64,000 nucleotides of DNA from positions 5,391,186 through 5,455,185 of the forward strand of contig CM082589.2 of the NCBI GenBank assembly GCA_040954595.2. Reading direction: 5' to 3'. Position numbers and translations under genes: made by a program. Positions within the stretch are counted from its first letter, which is position 1. Each line of letters begins with the position of its first letter. Of this stretch, positions 59,225 through 64,000 are shown piece by piece. The notes beneath the pieces are model-generated. The model made no database searches and was not told the DNA's origin. It saw only the letters and a program-made list of their open reading frames with translations. The stretch is from Balanoglossus misakiensis (taxonomy: Eukaryota; Animalia; Hemichordata).

Positions 59225-61999
59225 ATGGCATTATCCAAACCGAAGATTGAGATCAAGATAGTCGGCGACGTTGTATGACCCTGGTGTTGGATCGGGCAGA
59301 GGAACCGAGAGGCTGCCATCAAGGAGACTCAAGGTAAAAACAGCGATCGTTCCGATTTGCATATGCCAGCAGCTCATTCATGTTGGGGTTCTGCTCGTTC
59401 AAATTTTGCTGAGTCACACTTGGTGAACATGCGTTGGAAATGCGAAAAAGAGTTGTAATTATCGTTTAAGCAACAAACTTACAAGTCATCAGTAATTTAC
59501 TACAAGAAAACGAAGGACAAATTTGTTGCATGCTTGAAATAATCGTTCAAGCAACATAAATCAAGTTATTTGCTACAAAAAATAAGGATTTGTAAGTTCT
59601 CATTTGAGAAATTTTAAACAGTTTTAAATTAGCAAATTCCAAAATAAATGAGCGCATTTTACATGTACTCTTGACTAGCCCACTAGTCGCTTGGTGATTT
59701 TTTGTCTTTAGGAAGATTCTGAATACTTTTCGTGTGTTTGCTTGCTTTGGGCGAGTTTCTGGTACTGAGCTGAGTTTCGAATTTGGGGGCTGGGCGTCTG
59801 GTTTTGGTCCAACTTAAGCGCTCACACTCGCGTTTGCTCCAGAGACTCGGAACAAAATTTTCTGATTTATTATAATGGAATAATGCAGCCCATAGACGCG
59901 GAACAAGTCTACATGTACAATGTACGCATAAAAACCTACCAACGACCTCGTTTTCTTTACTGCCGTGGTCATCAGTGCATGCTGGGTCAGTACCCTGGCG
60001 GCAACCCTGAAGTCGCCACGCCCACTAAGGGATAACTCATTTAATATTGGGGCGGGCGACTAGAGGATTTTCGAGAAAAAGATGTTGCTAGCCACTTTAG
60101 TAAATTATCTTATAAGCTACAGTTCCTAATCTCCCCATTAATTAGAGTTACCCGTTTGAGTCGACTTTGAATAATTCAGTACAGGTACTTGAATTTCCTT
60201 TACACCCCCCCCCCCGAAATATCTTATGTGTAATCCCTAATAAATGTCCCTCTGCCGGTGAACCAACAGTAGGCCAGTAATCTAAATTACACGCAAAAAA
60301 GTGAATGAAGTCTACGTTCAAATTAATGCCTGCAATTTTACAATGTATTTATATCGTTAACGTCCCGGCGTATTTTGAAATTTTGCAAGCGCACAGGTCA
60401 ACGACACAGTAAATCGGTCATTATGTATATGAAGGTCACATCGCACTAGTATGGAAATGAAGCTGATGCAGCTAACAATAGCAAAAGCGAGGCTATGCTT
60501 GTGAATAAATAGATCCCGACAATAAAGCCTGGCTGTGCTCTCAGCTGTGGCGAAATATCACTAACCATCGTTCACGCTTGACGTTAAGTATGAAATGATA
60601 TCGTATGACAGAGAGACTTGCACAATAAAATCAACAGCAAAATTGCCACTAAATATATGTAGCTTATAAGTATACGTACGACTATGTGTCATGAGACACT
60701 GCAATTGCAACGCCTGTAAATATTAATTAATCCGCAGAATCACTAGTAGTAAGGCACTTTGTCAAATCAAACCTTCATGTATGGATGATTGAACGTGGTT
60801 CACCCTCCAGCCCAACATTCGCGTTCGTTTTTTCAAATTTCTATAACCCTTACCTTAGTTATACATATGTAAATTGATGACATGAATAATTACTTGTCGA
60901 CCTCTATAATGAACACTTATCATATTTTAATATCTGTAGATAAATATGAGTTCACCTTCCACTGGGAGCCTTTCTTCATCAAGCCCGATACTCCACCAGA
61001 AGGCTTTGTTAAACCAAAGCCACAGCCTGGTAATCCAAGGTAAACTTTCACCTTATGAAACAGCGACAGAGTTAAAACAACGCATGAGATCGCTAATTTC
61101 TGTACTTTAAGAAACTCTGATATCAGGGTTTGATTTTTTTAGCTTGCGTCTCCATGCCTGGACATTCTTTCAAAATAGTTACCATTTGGAATATCTCATT
61201 CGCCGTTTAAAATACATTTATTATCACGCGATCAAATAGAAATTGTTAGTGTTATATTTTCCATAATTAATATTCTTACCAGGGTATCTGAACGCCTGAA
61301 GAACATAGGTGAGGGTGTGGGCATAGACTTCACTGGCAAGAGTGATATTCTGCCCAACCCCACCCTGTGCCACGCCCTGTTGGAATACGCCAAGGAAGTC
61401 GGTGGTGGAAAGAAACAAGATGAAGTCCAGGAATACATGTTCAAGGTTAGTATTCTGCGAACGAAGCTGGTGTTAAATTATCATTTTAAAATGAGTCAAT
61501 CACCTGTAATTGTGGTCGAATGGGTAAAGGGTTGTAACATTCGAAGTGCTAGGTGTATATTGCAACTTAAATCTTCATTGGCAATTCTACACACAGGCCT
61601 ACTTCACAGACGGCCCACCTGACGGACTACTGAAGGCGGACTTCGTGTTGAAGGTGGCTGGAATGTCCGGTCTGGACACTCAGAAGGCCGAGGCCTACAT
61701 GATGGATCCTGCAAACCAACAAGCAGTGGTTGCCACGGCAAAGGCATGGAGAGACAAGGGTGTCAGCGGTAAGTATAGGTGCTACAGCACCGTTTTTCCC
61801 ATGTTGAACATTTGAGTCGAAGACAAACTAGTTACTAGTGTATCGCTTAATCTAATAACGTTCATGCATATGTTCTTAAAGTATATCTCACTCTTTTACA
61901 GTTTCTCCAACTTTTTTCATGAATGGTCAGCAGATCTTCAGTGGTTACCAGGATAAAGATGCGTTTATACAGGCTTTTGAAACCGTTGCTAAATCCTAA
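59225..61999 (+). CDS. DsbA/FrnE-family thioredoxin-fold selenoprotein (UxxC), five exons, TGA at 59276-59278 read as Sec
   Basis: MALSKPKIEIKIVGDVV-TGA-PWCWIG matches FrnE DxxCPWCxIG; later exons give WEPFFIKPDTPPEG, GEGVGIDF, PNPTLCHALL, FKAYFTDG, GVSVSPTFFMNGQQIFSGYQ; all four introns are GT-AG and in phase; SECIS downstream. Confidence 0.9.
60026..60240. mobile_element. PIF/Harbinger-like MITE in intron 1 of the selenoprotein gene
   Basis: TAA-GGGATAACTCAT ... ATGTGTAATCCC-TAA: imperfect terminal inverted repeat with TAA duplication. Confidence 0.55.
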
Positions 62000-62183
62000 A
62001 GCAAGAGTACATAGCATCATACGTGACATCTTTTGGCACTGACACAATATTAGATCTAGATATTTTTTTATTATTTCCATAAAAATGTTGAGCAAGGTTT
62101 ATAGGGTAACATGACAAAATACTTCGACGTTTTCTGGTTGTACATAATGGCACGCATATCTCTTCACTCTATCAGCTAATTTC

Positions 62184-62243
62184 TTGCAGTTAATGATGAC
62201 TCTGGATCAAATCCAGGATTTAGAGTCTGATAAAGCCCTGCAG
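62184..62243 (+). promoter_or_regulatory. SECIS element (type I) in 3' UTR
   Basis: TTGCAG-TTA-ATGAT-GACTCTGGATC-AAATCCAG-GATTTAGAGTC-TGAT-AAAGCC-CTGCAG: helix I, AUGA/UGA non-Watson-Crick quartet, 11-bp helix II, apical AAA; ~190 nt after the stop codon. Confidence 0.9.
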
Positions 62244-63733
62244 ATCTAGCAAATGTAGACAATGGACGATGAGCGTGCAAATTGTGTTTCTCCAGCAAAC
62301 GGGCATAGTATTTTTATGTAATAAAAGAAAACGATACGATAATATTTTTTAAATTGAATATGTGATGTACTTCATGATATGTCAATATATCCTGATTATG
62401 CACGTGAGACAAACCGATCAATTGTAATTTGTTCTTGTATTTTCATCTTTGGGACATGAAGATGTATGTATTTTCTGTTCTGTTTTGGCATTGCGAGAAA
62501 TAAACTTTTTAGATCTGCTCAAACATTGGAATACTTGTCATCATTACATACTTCATAACTTGAATTACGATTGTCACCAATCATCGACCTTGTCAACACA
62601 TTCATATTTATAATGAGATCAGATGCTTCATTTCGTACTTAGAACATGCACTTTACAGTTTTCACGCGTATCATGAGATTCTTAAAAACATAGCTATCTA
62701 AAGATTTTGCCAACATTTATCGAGATAGAAAAAGTGCAGGCATGGGCGTGGGAAAAGATGAACAACACATCTCTACGGGAGGTCTGATACAGTTTGGTGA
62801 AAGACAGAACCCAAGGTCAGACCACTTCGACTGAAAAGAAATTTATGCCGTCGCAGCACTGCCTCATGGAAAATATGAAATGTATCCATGGATACCGACA
62901 GTCAACATTCATAAATTTCAATACATTCTCGATCAACCATATCAAGATTTTACTGCCCAAACATCCAAATTCTGGGCAGAATTCCAAACAGTCTTTTATA
63001 CCTATAGAATTGGCCATTATACAGTACCCATAAACCAGTCCGGGTTATGACCTTGGGTGGGACCAGGATGCATAGACAGTTTGCATATTCAATAACAAGT
63101 CAAAGCACATGTTGAACGCTGCCCCAGCTGCTTCTGGTCGTCCTGACCGACATGACTCAGCCAGTTCACGGTTCTCATTGGATAACATGATATACACAAT
63201 CACATATAGGCATTTTTATTTCAGCGTTCTTAAATATAAATTCGTGGTTATGACTGAAAAGCGCTAAATGAATACACTTTTTACATAAGATCCATTCAAA
63301 TGCCTTCAGATCTCGAGTTAACATAATCGTTTAATTTCGTTAATAATTAATTGGTATGTATTATATTTGCGTTATTTTACCCTGTTCGAATTCTTTAACT
63401 ATTTAGTGATTCGTCGTTTTAGCGTGTTTGTTTAAAGTTGCAAAAACGCCTGACAGCAAGTAAACAACTTACCAGTGAAAGTCTATTATTGACATAATAA
63501 TAGCATCATAAATCGTGACCGGTTAGTCGGGTTGCGTCTGATTGGCCGAGCGCAGAGCCCATCCCCTGCGTCGCAACAAACTACGCATTATTCTGCGGCT
63601 AGGCACACAAGGATAGGATCTAGGTCGCCCAGTTAATAGGGAGTACGTACATACACGTCGCGCATCGCACCACAAACTGCTATAACGCCATTACAATATT
63701 CTGTATTCGCATTTTCTCAGGTTAGCAAGCAGG

Positions 63734-63839
63734 ATGGCATCCAAACCGAAGATTGAGATCAAAATTGTCGGCGACGTTGTATGACCCTGGTGTTGGATCG
63801 GGACGAGGAACCGAGAGGCTGCCATCAAGGAGACTCAAG
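63734..63839 (+). CDS. Second DsbA/FrnE selenoprotein paralog, first coding exon (gene runs off the window)
   Basis: MASKPKIEIKIVGDVV-TGA(63782-63784)-PWCWIGTRNREAAIKETQ followed by a GT donor at the same position as in copy 1. Confidence 0.82.
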
Positions 63840-64000
63840 GTAAAGTCAATCACCCACAATGCAAGCCTAGTACGGTTGAACTACAGTGCATTTAAGCTTA
63901 CCTCGCCAACTCGATATCACTGTGTGAATCTGACAGTTATATTCACTGTATGTATATTTTATGTACAATGTACACAAATAGCGCAGTCATTAGTTCAGTT

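Noticed and set aside
59225-61999. DsbA-like gene as a pseudogene or bacterial contaminant
   Set aside because: It has spliceosomal introns, the only in-frame stop is at the catalytic Cys position and is shared with the paralog, and a SECIS is present.

Overview
Animal genomic DNA with compact spliceosomal genes; a marine invertebrate deuterostome is plausible but is only an inference. Left part (1-28.8 kb) is a housekeeping block: 3' end of TMEM214 (+), TATDN1 (-), a ~3 kb non-coding foldback element with long inverted arms and 107-bp tandem repeats, a BTB-BACK-Kelch gene (+), ELP3 (+), TM9SF4 (-) and RPS20 (+). ELP3 and RPS20 each contain a U12-type intron. Right part (29.4-64 kb) is a duplicated block: five SLC16/MCT transporter genes interleaved with three Kremen-like single-pass receptor genes (SRCR-WSC-CUB, then Sushi or a Ser/Thr stalk, TM, tyrosine-motif tail), followed by two tandem DsbA/FrnE-family genes. 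The ORF track misses the active-site exon of these two genes because the active site is an in-frame TGA (UPWC); a canonical SECIS hairpin lies in the 3' UTR of the first copy, so they are very likely selenoproteins. Several short MITEs are present. Gene names come from recalled sequence similarity, not database searches, and exon boundaries were read by eye.
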